Positions 47,032 through 63,321 of a stretch of 64,000 nt of DNA are shown here, one piece after another. Every line of letters starts with the position of its first letter. Within the stretch, counting starts at the first letter, position 1. The notes beneath the pieces were generated by a model, which searched no databases, was not told the DNA's origin, and saw only the letters and a list, made by a program, of their open reading frames with translations. The position numbers and the translations under genes are program-made. Source of the stretch: an uncultured Fidelibacterota bacterium (lineage in GTDB: Bacteria > Fidelibacterota > Marinisomatia > Marinisomatales > Marinisomataceae); the NCBI GenBank assembly GCA_902629855.1, contig CACOSI010000001.1:91846-155845 (forward strand). The letters run 5' to 3'.

Positions 47032-47868
47032 ATGCTTTTATCAGATTATTTAATTAAAAAACAAGAAAAACTAAAAAAACTAAAGATTTCTGAATATAAA
47101 ATAAAATCTGAAATGATAATTGAAAACGAACTCTCCGTTTCTAAAAAACAAATATACTTTAGCAAAATTTTTCTTTCAGATTATCAACTATCAGCACTTG
47201 ATGAAAATTTTGATAAGCTCGAACTAGATTTCCCTGTACAACATATAATTGAAAAGACCTTTTTTTATGAGTGCGAATTTTTTACACCATCTAAGGTGTT
47301 TATTCCAAGGGCAGAAACAGAAATATTGGTAGATAAGGTTCATGATTATATAGAAAAAAAGAAAAACAAGCTTAAAATTGTTGATTTGTGTACAGGTAGT
47401 GGTTGTATTGTATTGTCGTTGGCTAAAAAAAATCCTGAACATGACTTTATAGGTTTAGATAGTTCAATTGATGCAATTAATGTTTCTAAAATAAATTCAG
47501 AAAAACTTAAAGTTGTAAATGTTAATTTTAAAAAAGAAAATGCATTCGAATATGATTTTAAAAATGTTGATATAATCACTTGTAATCCCCCCTATCTAGC
47601 AATAAATGAAATTGAAACCTTAGAAAATTCTGTAAAAAATCATGACCCACTAGATGCACTGACCGATCATTACGATGGGTTATTATTTTATAAATTTTTA
47701 GTAAACAATTTTGAAAAAATAGTAAATAAAGGCGGCACTATTTTTTTTGAAATACCTTCATCAGATGTAACTAATAAGATTTTTGATATTTTATCTGAAA
47801 ATAATAAAGTTAAATATGAAATTTTCAAAGATTTTGAAGGAAATAATAGAGTAATTAGAATATATTAG
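47032..47868 (+). CDS. prmC: release-factor glutamine N5-methyltransferase
   Basis: 278 aa with the SAM motif VDLCTGSGC and the NPPY motif (ITCNPPYLA). It lies downstream of prfA. Confidence 0.88.
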   Translation: MLLSDYLIKKQEKLKKLKISEYKIKSEMIIENELSVSKKQIYFSKIFLSDYQLSALDENFDKLELDFPVQHIIEKTFFYECEFFTPSKVFIPRAETEILVDKVHDYIEKKKNKLKIVDLCTGSGCIVLSLAKKNPEHDFIGLDSSIDAINVSKINSEKLKVVNVNFKKENAFEYDFKNVDIITCNPPYLAINEIETLENSVKNHDPLDALTDHYDGLLFYKFLVNNFEKIVNKGGTIFFEIPSSDVTNKIFDILSENNKVKYEIFKDFEGNNRVIRIY

Positions 47869-47872
47869 ATGC

Positions 47873-50800
47873 ATGAAAAGCGAATTTATCCATCTCCATA
47901 ACCACTCAGATAATAGCTTATTAGACGGCGCGCAAAATATTCCTTCAGTTTTAGAAACAATTAGTGATTTAGGAATGGATTCTGTAGCTCTTACAGAGCA
48001 TGGAAATTTATTTGGTGCAGTTTCTTTTTACCAAAAAGCTAAAAAGAACAATATTAAACCAATAATTGGATGTGAAGTTTATGTAGCTAAAGGGAGTAGA
48101 TTTGAAAAAGATAAGTCAAGCGGAATGGGGAAATATAATCATCTTGTCTTGATAGCCCAAAACTATACCGGTTATAAAAACTTGATGAAAATTGTAACAC
48201 ATGGTTTTCTAGAAGGTTTTTATTATAAACCAAGAGTAGACACTGAAATTCTGAAAAAATATAATGAAGGAATAATTTGCCTTTCTGCCTGCTTAAAGGG
48301 TTTACTTCCAGAAACACTTCTTTATAATGGTCTAGAAGCAGGAAAATCTGTTGCTGAAGAATATTCGAGCATTTTCCCGGGTAGATATTATATAGAGCTT
48401 CAAAATCACGGCATTCCAGAAGAGATACAAAATATTCAACTTGCAACAAAATTAGCTAAAGAAATGAATTTGCCTATCATTGCTACTAATGATGCTCACT
48501 ATGCAAAAAAAGATCATCACAAAGCACACGATGTGCATATTTGTATCGGAACTGGAAAGCAGTTATCAGACAAAAACCGTCTCAAATATTATGGTAATGA
48601 ATTTTATTTTAAATCACAGGATGAAATGTTTTCATTATTTAAACAATTTCCTCAAGCACTTGAAAATACCAGAGCTTTAACTGATTCTATAGATTTAGAA
48701 ATTCCAATGAATGAGTATCATTTACCTTGGTATACAATACCAGGAGAAAAAGATTCAAAAGATATTGATTCTTACCTTAAAAAACTATGTGAAGCAGGTG
48801 TAAGAAATAAGTTTGAAGAGACTAATGATGAAATAAATGATAGAATTAATTATGAACTTTCCGTTATTAAAAAAATGGGTTTTGCTAGTTATTTTTTAAT
48901 AACAGCTGACTTTGTTCAGTATGCTAAAAAAAATAAAATACCGGTTGGACCTGGCAGAGGATCCGCACCAGGAAGTCTTGTATCATATGCTTTAGGTATA
49001 ACCAATATCAATCCATTAAAACATAACTTGATTTTCGAAAGATTTTTGAATCCCGACAGAATAAGCATGCCAGATATTGATATTGATTTTTGTGTTGAAC
49101 GAAGAGGTCAAGTAATAGACTATTTAAAGAGCATATATGGTGAAGACTCAGTAACACAAATTATTACATTTGGTAAAATGAATGCTAGAGCAGTAATTAG
49201 AGACGTCGGAAGAGTAATGAGCTATTCATATTCAGAGGTTGATAAAATAGCTAAAATGATTCCTGAAGGCCCAAAGGTAACTTTAGATAAAGCATTAAAA
49301 CAAAGCTCAGAATTGAGAGCCATTTCACAAACTAATTATAAAGAACTCATTGATAATGCTAAAATTTTAGAGGGAATGACTAGGCACGCCTCGATTCATG
49401 CAGCTGGTGTTGTTGTTGCACCTGGGGACCTTACAGACTTTGTTCCATTGTATAGATCCTCTCAAGGTGATGTAACAACCCAATACGATATGAAGGAGCT
49501 TGAATCTGTAGGCTTATTAAAAATGGATTTTCTAGGATTAAGAAACTTAACAGTAATAGATAGAACTATTGATTTGATCGAAGAGCGTTTCGGAGAGAAA
49601 ATAGACATTGATAAAATTTCTATGGAAGATCCTAAAGTTTACGAACTTTTTGCTAAAGGCCTTACAGTAGGAATATTTCAATTTGAGTCTGCCGGTATGA
49701 GAGAATTTCTTAAAAAGTTGCAACCTAAAAGCATTGATGGCCTTATAGCTATGAATGCATTATACAGACCAGGACCAATGCAAAATATTGATAAATATAT
49801 AAAAAGATCACACGGCAAGGAAAAAGTTGAATATGTCCACCCATTACTAGAGGAAGCTTTAAAAGAGACATACGGTATTATTGTTTACCAGGAACAAGTA
49901 ATGCAAATCGCAAATATCATAGCTGGATTCACACTATCAGAAGCAGATGAAATGAGGAGAGCAATTGGTAAAAAAATAAGATCTCTAATGGATAAAATGT
50001 CTGATAAATTTGTTAAAGGAGCTGTTAAAAATGGTTTAACTAAAACTAAAGCAGAACAAATTTTTAATTTAATTGATAAGTTTGCCCAATATGGATTTAA
50101 TAAGAGTCATTCTGTTGCATATTCTTACATAGCTTATCAAACAGGCTGGCTTAAAACTCATTACACCGCAGAATTCATGTCAGCAAATTTGACAAGTGAA
50201 ATGAATAATACTAATAAAGTTGTAGTTCTCATTAATGACTGCAGAAAATTAGGTATAAAAGTTAATGCACCAGATATAAATAAGTCTGGAATCAACTTTG
50301 AACCTTTAAGCAACAAAGAAATATCTTTTGGATTAAATGCTGTAAAAAATGTTGGAGTTAAGGCTTTAGAAGAATGTATTAGAGAAAGAAAAAAGAATGG
50401 TAGTTTTAAGTCAATCTTTGATTTTATTTCAAGAGTGGATCAACGTCTCGTTAATAAAAAAGTTTTAGAAAGTCTTATTCTATCTGGTGCTTTTGATAGT
50501 ATTAATTCAAATAGAGCACAACTATTTGAAGCAGTTGATCTAGCGATTAATTATGGTCAGCAGGTACACAAGAAAGACAATAAAGATCAGATTAATCTTT
50601 TTGGTGACCAAGAAGAATTGCTAAAAGTGCCTGAATTACCAAATATTGATGATTGGGAAAATCAAGAAAAATTATCTAAAGAAAAAGAGGTTTTAGGTCT
50701 TTATGTTTCTGGTAACCCACTTTTGAAGTATGCCGATACAATTGAAGATCTTAGCAATTATGATTTTACTGAAAAGAAAATAGTTAAAGAAAACACAATG

Positions 50801-51295
50801 ATAAAAATTGGTGGTGCTGTAACAAACTTCAAATTGCATTATGATAAAAAAAATCAACAAATGGCATTTTTCAACCTAGATTGTCTTGGTGGACAAGCTG
50901 AAGCAATAATATTTCACGACGCTTTTGATAAATATAAAGACATTATTCAGGATAATAACATTGTATTTCTGGTTGGGCACACGTCTTCTCAAAATGATTT
51001 TGCTGATTTAAAAATTATTGTCGATGAAGTTGTTCCTATAAACCATGCAAAAAAAGTGCTAAAACTTAACGAAGTAAATATCAGGCTTCCAAAAAACTCT
51101 TCAAAAGATTTAATGAATGAAGTTGTATCATTAGCCAATGAGAATAAAGGTGAACATTTGTTCGTCGTTTATATTCCGCAGGAAAACGGAGCAGAAAGAA
51201 AGATAGTTTCTAAGAAAATTAAGGTATCTAATAATAATCAATTCTTAATCTTGTTAAGAGATTTATTAGGGGAAACAAACGTTTGGATTGATTAA
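47873..51295 (+). CDS. dnaE: DNA polymerase III alpha subunit
   Basis: 1140 aa with the PHP domain HLHNHSDNSLLDGA, the polymerase core (…PDIDIDF…), and a C-terminal OB fold. Confidence 0.97.
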   Translation: MKSEFIHLHNHSDNSLLDGAQNIPSVLETISDLGMDSVALTEHGNLFGAVSFYQKAKKNNIKPIIGCEVYVAKGSRFEKDKSSGMGKYNHLVLIAQNYTGYKNLMKIVTHGFLEGFYYKPRVDTEILKKYNEGIICLSACLKGLLPETLLYNGLEAGKSVAEEYSSIFPGRYYIELQNHGIPEEIQNIQLATKLAKEMNLPIIATNDAHYAKKDHHKAHDVHICIGTGKQLSDKNRLKYYGNEFYFKSQDEMFSLFKQFPQALENTRALTDSIDLEIPMNEYHLPWYTIPGEKDSKDIDSYLKKLCEAGVRNKFEETNDEINDRINYELSVIKKMGFASYFLITADFVQYAKKNKIPVGPGRGSAPGSLVSYALGITNINPLKHNLIFERFLNPDRISMPDIDIDFCVERRGQVIDYLKSIYGEDSVTQIITFGKMNARAVIRDVGRVMSYSYSEVDKIAKMIPEGPKVTLDKALKQSSELRAISQTNYKELIDNAKILEGMTRHASIHAAGVVVAPGDLTDFVPLYRSSQGDVTTQYDMKELESVGLLKMDFLGLRNLTVIDRTIDLIEERFGEKIDIDKISMEDPKVYELFAKGLTVGIFQFESAGMREFLKKLQPKSIDGLIAMNALYRPGPMQNIDKYIKRSHGKEKVEYVHPLLEEALKETYGIIVYQEQVMQIANIIAGFTLSEADEMRRAIGKKIRSLMDKMSDKFVKGAVKNGLTKTKAEQIFNLIDKFAQYGFNKSHSVAYSYIAYQTGWLKTHYTAEFMSANLTSEMNNTNKVVVLINDCRKLGIKVNAPDINKSGINFEPLSNKEISFGLNAVKNVGVKALEECIRERKKNGSFKSIFDFISRVDQRLVNKKVLESLILSGAFDSINSNRAQLFEAVDLAINYGQQVHKKDNKDQINLFGDQEELLKVPELPNIDDWENQEKLSKEKEVLGLYVSGNPLLKYADTIEDLSNYDFTEKKIVKENTMIKIGGAVTNFKLHYDKKNQQMAFFNLDCLGGQAEAIIFHDAFDKYKDIIQDNNIVFLVGHTSSQNDFADLKIIVDEVVPINHAKKVLKLNEVNIRLPKNSSKDLMNEVVSLANENKGEHLFVVYIPQENGAERKIVSKKIKVSNNNQFLILLRDLLGETNVWID

Positions 51296-51305
51296 ATTAT
51301 GCACT

Positions 51306-51716
51306 ATGAAGATCAACCCACCAATTAGAATTTTGATGGCCAAGCCTGGACTTGACGGGCACGACAGAGGCATTAAAGTTTTAGCAGCTGCTTACAGAGA
51401 TGCTGGCATGGATGTCATATATCTTGGCCTAAGGCAAACTCCTGAAAGTGTTGTGAAAATTGCAATACAAGAAGGTGTAGACGTTATCGCTTTATCAATT
51501 CTATCAGGTGCACACATGACAATTTTTTCCAAGGTAATGGAATTGATAAATAAAAATAAACTTGAGAATGTTTTAGTAACTGGCGGAGGAATTATTCCAG
51601 AAGAAGATAATTTAGAGCTTTCAAAAATTGGAGTTGGGAAGCTATTTGGGCCAGGTACGCCTGTTAAGGATTCTTTAGATTACATAGAAGATTGGGTTTT
51701 AAAAAATAGAAGATGA
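51306..51716 (+). CDS. stand-alone cobalamin-binding domain protein (methylmalonyl-CoA mutase C-terminal-domain type)
   Basis: RILMAKPGLDGHDRGIKVLAAAYRDAGMDVIYLG carries the DxHxxG B12-binding motif. I chose ATG 51306; the track's 51288 start is a TTG. Confidence 0.8.
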   Translation: MKINPPIRILMAKPGLDGHDRGIKVLAAAYRDAGMDVIYLGLRQTPESVVKIAIQEGVDVIALSILSGAHMTIFSKVMELINKNKLENVLVTGGGIIPEEDNLELSKIGVGKLFGPGTPVKDSLDYIEDWVLKNRR

Positions 51717-52123
51717 TTTCGAATATCAATACAGTTTTTGTTAAAGCAGAGAAAGAGTATCTAAAAAAAAACAATAACGAAGCTAAAAAACTTCTTCGTA
51801 GTGTTATCGAGCATGATAACAGTCATTACGGAGCTTATAAAATACTATATAATATCCTTGTTGAAGCTCATTCATCAAAAGCTGAAGAAATTTATAAAGA
51901 ATTAAAAAGATTAAACCCAATTTTTGAAATACAACATAAAAAGATTAATAAAAAAAAGAAGACAGATGTTAAAAAAATAGATCTACATACTATTTCATTA
52001 ATTAAGCTTATGATTAGTCAAGGCAAAAAAAGACAAGCAAAGAAGAGTCTAAAAGATATAATAAAGTTTTCTAAAAACAGTAAAGACATAAATTCTGCTA
52101 AAAAAATTTTAGAAAAATTATAA
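51713..52123 (+). CDS. Lys-rich hypothetical protein, possibly TPR-like
   Basis: 136-aa ORF with an ATGA overlap onto the upstream gene. I recognise no family. Confidence 0.45.
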   Translation: MISNINTVFVKAEKEYLKKNNNEAKKLLRSVIEHDNSHYGAYKILYNILVEAHSSKAEEIYKELKRLNPIFEIQHKKINKKKKTDVKKIDLHTISLIKLMISQGKKRQAKKSLKDIIKFSKNSKDINSAKKILEKL

Positions 52124-52129
52124 GGGGGT

Positions 52130-53221
52130 ATGATGAGTAAAGAATATTTTCAAAGAAGACAAAATAAGCTTAGCGAAGAGCTTTCAAAACATAATTTAGA
52201 CGGAATGTTAGTTACAAACATGATTCATATTAGATATTTATGTGGTTTTACTGGTTCAAGTGCTACACTTCTTATAAATCAGGAGGGTACAACCTTCATC
52301 TCAGACGGTAGGTATGTATTTCAGTCTGAAAAAGAGGTCAAAGGTGCATCAATCTTAATTGATAGCATTTCACATTTTGAAGTAATTAAAAATGAAAATC
52401 TTTTAAAAGACGGGCAAAAAATTGCAATTGATGGGAATAATGTTTCTTATCAAAATTTTATTACAATTAGTAAGGTTTTATCAGGTGTTGAGCTTATAAA
52501 TATGACCAATATTATTGAAACTATGGCAATGCAAAAGGATGAGAAAGAACTAGAGGCCATTAAAACTGCTGTCGAAATTACAGATAGAGCATTTGCAGAG
52601 GTTTTTCCTATGATAAAAATTGGAGTAGAAGAAAAAGTCATAGCTAATCAATTATCTTTTTTATACCGTAAATATGGTGATTCAGACTCAGATGCATTTC
52701 CAGCAATTGTTGGTGCGGGACCCAACTCTGCCAAACCACATCATACACCAACTGATAGAAAAATTGGACCAGGTGAACTCTTAGTAATTGACTCAGGCGC
52801 AAAGTTTGCTGGTTATCATGCAGACATGACAAGATCATTTGCTACAAAAGGTTTTTCAGAAGAGCAAAAATCAATTTATGATATAGTTTTAAAAGCACAA
52901 GTTGATAGCATAAAAGGCATAAAATCTGGGGTAAGTTGTAAATCAATCGATAAGATAGCAAGAGACCACATTGCCAGTGCTGGATATGGTAAGTACTTTG
53001 ATCATGGTTTAGGGCATTCACTAGGTTTAGAGATTCATGAAAATCCACGTTTTAGTAAAGTAAGTACAGACAACCTTGGAACTAATTATGTAATGACAGT
53101 TGAGCCTGGAATATATGTCAAAGATATTGGCGGTGTAAGAATTGAGGATGATGTTATTGTGAAGGAAAATGGCTATGAAGTTTTAAATAAAACACCTAAA
53201 GATTTTCACGTCATATCATAA
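52130..53221 (+). CDS. Xaa-Pro aminopeptidase/dipeptidase (M24B)
   Basis: 363 aa with metal ligands in …DSGAKFAGYHADMTR… and …HGLGHSLGLEIHE…. Confidence 0.88.
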   Translation: MMSKEYFQRRQNKLSEELSKHNLDGMLVTNMIHIRYLCGFTGSSATLLINQEGTTFISDGRYVFQSEKEVKGASILIDSISHFEVIKNENLLKDGQKIAIDGNNVSYQNFITISKVLSGVELINMTNIIETMAMQKDEKELEAIKTAVEITDRAFAEVFPMIKIGVEEKVIANQLSFLYRKYGDSDSDAFPAIVGAGPNSAKPHHTPTDRKIGPGELLVIDSGAKFAGYHADMTRSFATKGFSEEQKSIYDIVLKAQVDSIKGIKSGVSCKSIDKIARDHIASAGYGKYFDHGLGHSLGLEIHENPRFSKVSTDNLGTNYVMTVEPGIYVKDIGGVRIEDDVIVKENGYEVLNKTPKDFHVIS

Positions 53222-53222
53222 A

Positions 53223-57327
<4,105 letters not shown>

Positions 57328-57335
<8 letters not shown>

Positions 57336-58254
57336 AAAATTAGCAATAGAAATAACAAATCTTACTAAATCTTACGAGGATGTAAAAGCCGTTAGAGGAA
57401 TAGATTTGAAAATAAACAAGGGTGAGTTTTATGGATTGCTAGGCCCAAATGGAGCTGGAAAATCAACAACAATTAATTCTATAACAAGCCTAGTAAAACC
57501 ATCAAAAGGAAGTATAAAAATTTTTGATCAGGACATCGAAAAAAATTTCAGATTTGCGCGTTCAAAAATTGGGATCGCTCAGCAGGAAGTTAGTCAAGAC
57601 TGGTTTTTTCCTATGGAAAAATTACTTTATTTTCAAGCAGGTTTTTATGGAGTTAAAAAAACAAAAGCAAAAGATAGAATTGATTATATCTTAAATAAAT
57701 TAGGTTTAGACGAACATAAAAATAAAAAAATGAGGGAACTTTCAGGAGGAATGAAAAGAAGATTACAGATAGCAAAAGCGTTAGTACATGATCCTGAAAT
57801 AATTATTCTTGACGAACCTACTGCTGGTGTAGATGTTGAATTACGTCATGACCTATGGGTTTATCTTCAAGAGCTTCATAAGGATGGGAAAACTATTCTT
57901 TTAACTACTCATTATATTGATGAAGCCGAGTTGTTATGCGAAAGAGTAGGAATAATTGATAATGGAAAATTGATAGTGGAAGATTCAGTAAATAATTTAA
58001 AAAAACTAGTTAATAAATCTTCAATCGTCATTCACTTAAAAGATGATATTACAAGCATAAATTTTTTGAATGATTTCAATCATCATATATCTGAAAAAAA
58101 GGTTTATGTGCAAACTGAATCTCCCAATCTAGATTTACCAAAAATAATTTTAAAATTTTCTGAGGCTTCTGTAAATATTGAAGATGTTCATATTCCTCAA
58201 ACTTCTCTTGAAGACGTTTTTCTAGACTTAACCGGGAGAAAAATCAATGATTAG
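57328..58254 (+). CDS. ABC transporter ATP-binding protein (ABC-2 exporter type)
   Basis: Walker A GPNGAGKST, signature LSGGMKRR, and Walker B IILDEPT. Confidence 0.9.
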
Positions 58255-59011
58255 AAATTGGATTGGTTTTTATACTCTTTCATCAAGAGAAATTATGCGT
58301 TTCTTTTCAGTTTGGAGACAAACAATTATTCCAGGTATAATCACAACTCTTCTCTATATTTTTGTTTTTGGTGTAGCTCTAGAAAATAGGATTTCTGAGA
58401 TAAATGGTGTTTCATACAAAATTTATATCCTACCAGGATTATTAATGATGAATGTAATAACAAATGCGACTGCTAATTCAGCTTCATCAATGCTCCAAAT
58501 GAAATTATTACAGACTCTTCCCGAGCTTTTAATAACACCTCTTTCAAGTTTAGAGCTATCATTATCCTTTATTATAGGTGGAACTGTAAGAGGGTTTGTA
58601 AATGGAGTTCTTATTTTATTAATTTGTTGGATGGCAGGAATGCCTATAATTAATTTGCCATTAACTTTATTATTTATATTTCTAGTATCTTGGTCATTTT
58701 CAAGTTTAGGTTTATTTGTTGGTCAGCTTTCTGATTCATGGGACCAACTGGCCCTGATACAAAACTTTGTTATCACACCTTTCAGTTTTTTGGGTGGAAT
58801 TTTTTATTCAATAAAAATGTTACCAAGCTGGGCAATGACTTTAAGTCAAGTCAACCCCATCTATTATGCAATCTGTGCACTAAGAGAATCAACTTTAGGG
58901 GTGTCAGATACCTCTTTAGTTGTATCTTCAATTTTTTTAATCATCTTTACTTTTGCTACAACAATAATAGCTGTACAACTTATGGCAACAGGTAAAAAAA
59001 TTAGGTTTTAA
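58247..59011 (+). CDS. ABC-2 type transporter permease
   Basis: 254 aa with about 6 TM segments. It overlaps the ATPase gene by 8 nt. Confidence 0.8.
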   Translation: MIRNWIGFYTLSSREIMRFFSVWRQTIIPGIITTLLYIFVFGVALENRISEINGVSYKIYILPGLLMMNVITNATANSASSMLQMKLLQTLPELLITPLSSLELSLSFIIGGTVRGFVNGVLILLICWMAGMPIINLPLTLLFIFLVSWSFSSLGLFVGQLSDSWDQLALIQNFVITPFSFLGGIFYSIKMLPSWAMTLSQVNPIYYAICALRESTLGVSDTSLVVSSIFLIIFTFATTIIAVQLMATGKKIRF

Positions 59012-59039
59012 TTTTGTTTTTATGGAGCTAAAATAAGCA

Positions 59040-60134
59040 ATGCAAAAATCAAAAAAAGCTATCCTATTTTTAGAGGATGGCTTTTTTTTTATCGGTAAAA
59101 GCTTAGGATCTTTAGGAGAAACATCTGGTGAAGTATGTTTCAATACAGGCATGACTGGTTATCAAGAAATTCTTACTGACCCCTCATACGCTAAACAGAT
59201 GATTATAATGTGCAGTCCTCATATTGGTAATTATGGCACAAATATTGAAGATGTCGAATCAGATGAAATTCATGCCACAGGTTTTATTATTAAAAGCGAA
59301 TCAATCTCACCATCAAATTGGAGATCTCAGGAAACTTTAAGTGATTTTTTAACAAAAAATAAAATTGTTGGTATACAAGACATAGATACCAGAGCGTTAA
59401 CAATTCATATCCGTAAAAATGGTGCGATGAGAGGTATTATCTCTACGGAAGACTTTTCAGAACAAAGTTTATTAAGAAAAATACAAGATGTTCCAAAAAT
59501 GGAGGGCCAAGACCTAGCGATAGATGTAACAAGAAACAAAAAAACTATTTTATGTAAAACAAAAAATCCCCTTTTTAAAATCTCTGCAATCGATTTTGGT
59601 ATGAAGAGTAATATATATGAGATTATGTTAGACAATGGTGCTGAAGTGACAATTCATCCTGCTAATGTTAAATCAGATGAAGTACTTTCAGGTAATCCAG
59701 ATGGTATTTTTCTTTCTAACGGTCCGGGAGATCCAGCAGCTATTGACTATGCAATAGAAACAGTCAGAGATTTGATTGGTAAAAAACCAATTTTTGGTAT
59801 ATGTCTTGGGCATCAAATACTAGCATTAGCAATGGGTGCAAAAACTTTTAAAATGAAATTTGGTCATAGGGGTATAAATCAACCTGTTAAAAATTTGAAA
59901 ACATCAAAAATAGAAATTACATCCCAAAATCATGGATTTGCTGTCGACGAAAAATCTTTGCCAGATGAAATAACTGTTACACATAAACATTTAAATGATA
60001 ATACAGTAGCAGGAATAGAATGCAAGAATGCCATGGCATACTCAGTACAATATCACCCTGAATCAAGCCCTGGTCCCCATGATTCCAGATATGTTTTTAA
60101 AAGGTTTTTTGAAATGATGAAAGAAAATGCCTAG
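59040..60134 (+). CDS. carA: carbamoyl-phosphate synthase small (glutaminase) subunit
   Basis: 364 aa with the GATase triad region GICLGHQ … QYHPE. Confidence 0.96.
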   Translation: MQKSKKAILFLEDGFFFIGKSLGSLGETSGEVCFNTGMTGYQEILTDPSYAKQMIIMCSPHIGNYGTNIEDVESDEIHATGFIIKSESISPSNWRSQETLSDFLTKNKIVGIQDIDTRALTIHIRKNGAMRGIISTEDFSEQSLLRKIQDVPKMEGQDLAIDVTRNKKTILCKTKNPLFKISAIDFGMKSNIYEIMLDNGAEVTIHPANVKSDEVLSGNPDGIFLSNGPGDPAAIDYAIETVRDLIGKKPIFGICLGHQILALAMGAKTFKMKFGHRGINQPVKNLKTSKIEITSQNHGFAVDEKSLPDEITVTHKHLNDNTVAGIECKNAMAYSVQYHPESSPGPHDSRYVFKRFFEMMKENA

Positions 60135-63100
60135 AAGAGACGACATAGAAACAATTTTAGTTATTGGTGCAGGACCGATTGTAATTGGACAAGGGTGTGA
60201 GTTCGATTATTCAGGAACTCAAGCTATCAAGGCTCTAAAAGAGGAAGGTTATAGAGTTGTTTTAATCAATTCAAATCCTGCTACTATAATGACAGATCCA
60301 CAATTCTCAGATAAAACCTATATTGAACCAATATCTGCAGATTATGTTGAAGAAATCATTATTAAAGAAAGACCTGACGCTATTTTGCCAACAGTTGGTG
60401 GCCAAACTGCACTAAATGTAGCAATGCAATTAGATGAACAAGGTATTTTAAAAAAGCATAATGTTGAACTTATAGGAGCAAAAAGATCTGCAATTGAAAC
60501 TGCTGAGAGCAGAGAAATGTTTAAAGAAGCAATGAAAGATATTGGACTAGACTTGCCTTATGGCTACACAGTCCAGTCCTTAGATGAAGCAAAAAAGTTA
60601 CTTGATAAAATTTCATTACCAGCGATTATTAGGCCATCATTCACTTTAGGTGGATCAGGCGGTTCTGTGGCATATAACGAAAAAGAGTTTGAGTCCTCAG
60701 TTAATAAAGGAATTAAGGAGAGTCCAACTGGCCAAGTCTTAGTAGAAGAATATCTAAATGGGTGGAAAGAATTTGAGCTCGAATTAATAAGAGACATGAA
60801 TGATAATGTCATTATTATATGTTCAATTGAAAATATTGATCCAATGGGAATTCACACCGGAGATTCCATAACAATTGCGCCCGCTATGACATTGACAGAT
60901 AAAGAATTTCAAAATATGCGAAATGCTGCCATCAAATGTATTAGAAAAATAGGGGTTGATACGGGTGGATCGAATGTTCAATTTGCTGTTAATCCTAAAG
61001 ATGGCAGGATGGTCATTATTGAAATGAACCCAAGAGTTAGTCGATCCTCAGCATTAGCTTCAAAAGCAACAGGATTTCCCATTGCTAAAATCGCAGCAAA
61101 ATTAGCTGTTGGCTTTTCTTTAGACGAATTGAAAAATGATATAACTAATCAAACGCTAGCTGCATTTGAACCGACAATAGATTATATAGTGACAAAGCTT
61201 CCTAGGTTTGATTTTGAAAAATTTTCATCTTCTTCTGGAAAACTTGGTGTACAAATGCAGTCAGTTGGAGAAGCCATGGCAATTGGAAGGACATTCCGTG
61301 AGTCATTTCAAAAAGCATTTAGATCTCTAGAATTAAACCTTCCTGGTTTTGAAACTAAAGACCCTAGAGATGAAGATAAAGATATCAAACGTTATAGAGA
61401 GCTTGACATTAAATCTTTGAATGATGGTAGCTCCTTTAGAATGTTGAAAGTTAAAGAAGCAATAAAACAGGAATTTTCAATTGACGAAATAAATAAGAAT
61501 ACAGGGATTGATCCATGGTTCTTAAGAGAAATTGAAGAAATCGTAAATCTTGAAAAATCATTCAAAGATAGCATGAATATATTAGAACTTAAAAAAAATG
61601 GATTCTCTGATTTACAAATTGCTCAACTAAGCAACTCAACAGAATTAGAAGTTAGAAAAAAAAGGATTTCAGATAACATTACACCTGTTTACAAAGTCGT
61701 TGACACTTGTGCTGGTGAGTTCAAAGCTGAAACTCCATACTCTTATTCGACTTATGAATCTTCACATGACATACAACCTCTTGAAGGGAAGAAAATAATT
61801 ATTTTAGGAGGAGGTCCCAATAGGATTGGGCAAGGAATCGAATTTGATTATTGTTGTGTACAGGCAGTCTTTGGCTTAAGAGAAGCTGGTTTCAAATCAA
61901 TTATGGTCAATTGTAACCCTGAAACCGTTTCAACTGATTTCGATTTGGCTGACAGACTATACTTTGAACCTATAACATTTGAAGATATAATGAACATTAT
62001 AGATTTTGAAAAACCAGATGGTGTTTTAGTTCAGTTTGGAGGACAAACTCCTTTAAAAATCGCAAATCAGCTTACTGAAGCTGGTGTCAAAATTTATGGT
62101 ACATCTGCAAACAGTATTAATCTAGCAGAAAACAGAGAAGAGTTTGCTAAAATTATTGACCGTTTAAAAATTAGTACTCCAGAATATTGTATTGCCAAAA
62201 ATTATGATGACATATATAATTTTTCTGAGCAGGCACAGTTTCCTGTACTCGTAAGACCTAGTTTTGTCTTAGGGGGTAGAGCAATGCAGATTGTTTATTC
62301 AAAAGAACAGCTGGTTGATTACGTTTTTCGCTCTGCTGAGGCTACAAATGATCATCCCATTTTGATAGACCAATTTATTGAAAATGCGTATGAATTTGAT
62401 GTTGATGCTTTATGTGACGGTGAAGAGGTTTTCATTGGGGGCATTATGCAACATATTGAAGAAGCGGGTGTTCATTCTGGTGATTCTTCATGTGTAATAC
62501 CACCATATGAGATGAGTGATTTTGTGAAAAAAGATATTGAAGAAACAACTAGGAAGCTTGCTATAGAATTAAAAGTTATTGGTCTTATCAACCTACAATT
62601 TGCAGTAAAAGATGACAAGGTTTATGTGCTAGAGGTAAACCCAAGGTCAAGTAGAACGGTACCATTTGTAAGCAAGTATAGTAATGTACCATTAGCTAAC
62701 ATAGCTGCTCAACTTTCAACTGGGTTTAAAATTAAAGATTTTAATCTTATTGATACTAATTACAAACATGTTGCAGTAAAAAAGGCAGTATTACCATTTA
62801 AAAAATTTAAAGATGAAAAAGTTTTTTTGGGACCTGAGATGAAATCAACTGGTGAAGTAATGGGGATTGATAATATGGCAGGTAATGCATTTTTAAAAGC
62901 TATGAAATCAGATGGATATACAGTACCAGAAAATGGTACAGCTTTTTTATCAGTTAATGATTCAGATAAAAATGGGTTGGTCGAAATAGCTGAAGATTTA
63001 AATAAACTTGGATTTAACTTAATTGCGACAAAGGGAACTTGCCAATACCTTTTGAAAAATAATATTCCTTGTGAAGAAATATTTAAGGTTGGCGAAGGAA

Positions 63101-63321
63101 GGCCCAATATAGTTGACGAAATACTAAATGATAACGTCCAAATTGTCATTAACTCTCCGGAAGGACCACAGTCGAGATTTGATGAAGAAGCTATTGGTAA
63201 AAATTCAGTAATGAAAAATATATTAACCATAACAACAATTGCTGGTGCAAAAGCTGCAATAGATTCAATGAAATTTTTAAATCAGGTAAGCGTAAAAGCT
63301 CTTCAAGAATATTTTGAGTAA
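60127..63321 (+). CDS. carB: carbamoyl-phosphate synthase large subunit
   Basis: 1064 aa with duplicated ATP-grasp halves (…[24 protein letters not shown]… / …[22 protein letters not shown]…) and an MGS-like C-terminus. Confidence 0.97.
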   Translation: MPRRDDIETILVIGAGPIVIGQGCEFDYSGTQAIKALKEEGYRVVLINSNPATIMTDPQFSDKTYIEPISADYVEEIIIKERPDAILPTVGGQTALNVAMQLDEQGILKKHNVELIGAKRSAIETAESREMFKEAMKDIGLDLPYGYTVQSLDEAKKLLDKISLPAIIRPSFTLGGSGGSVAYNEKEFESSVNKGIKESPTGQVLVEEYLNGWKEFELELIRDMNDNVIIICSIENIDPMGIHTGDSITIAPAMTLTDKEFQNMRNAAIKCIRKIGVDTGGSNVQFAVNPKDGRMVIIEMNPRVSRSSALASKATGFPIAKIAAKLAVGFSLDELKNDITNQTLAAFEPTIDYIVTKLPRFDFEKFSSSSGKLGVQMQSVGEAMAIGRTFRESFQKAFRSLELNLPGFETKDPRDEDKDIKRYRELDIKSLNDGSSFRMLKVKEAIKQEFSIDEINKNTGIDPWFLREIEEIVNLEKSFKDSMNILELKKNGFSDLQIAQLSNSTELEVRKKRISDNITPVYKVVDTCAGEFKAETPYSYSTYESSHDIQPLEGKKIIILGGGPNRIGQGIEFDYCCVQAVFGLREAGFKSIMVNCNPETVSTDFDLADRLYFEPITFEDIMNIIDFEKPDGVLVQFGGQTPLKIANQLTEAGVKIYGTSANSINLAENREEFAKIIDRLKISTPEYCIAKNYDDIYNFSEQAQFPVLVRPSFVLGGRAMQIVYSKEQLVDYVFRSAEATNDHPILIDQFIENAYEFDVDALCDGEEVFIGGIMQHIEEAGVHSGDSSCVIPPYEMSDFVKKDIEETTRKLAIELKVIGLINLQFAVKDDKVYVLEVNPRSSRTVPFVSKYSNVPLANIAAQLSTGFKIKDFNLIDTNYKHVAVKKAVLPFKKFKDEKVFLGPEMKSTGEVMGIDNMAGNAFLKAMKSDGYTVPENGTAFLSVNDSDKNGLVEIAEDLNKLGFNLIATKGTCQYLLKNNIPCEEIFKVGEGRPNIVDEILNDNVQIVINSPEGPQSRFDEEAIGKNSVMKNILTITTIAGAKAAIDSMKFLNQVSVKALQEYFE

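Noticed and set aside
48087-48449. 120-aa minus-strand ORF
   Set aside because: It is antisense within dnaE.
62760-63230. 156-aa minus-strand ORF, the longest shadow ORF in the window
   Set aside because: It is antisense within the highly conserved carB C-terminal region. It has no recognisable motifs, and its length is explained by the codon bias of the sense frame.
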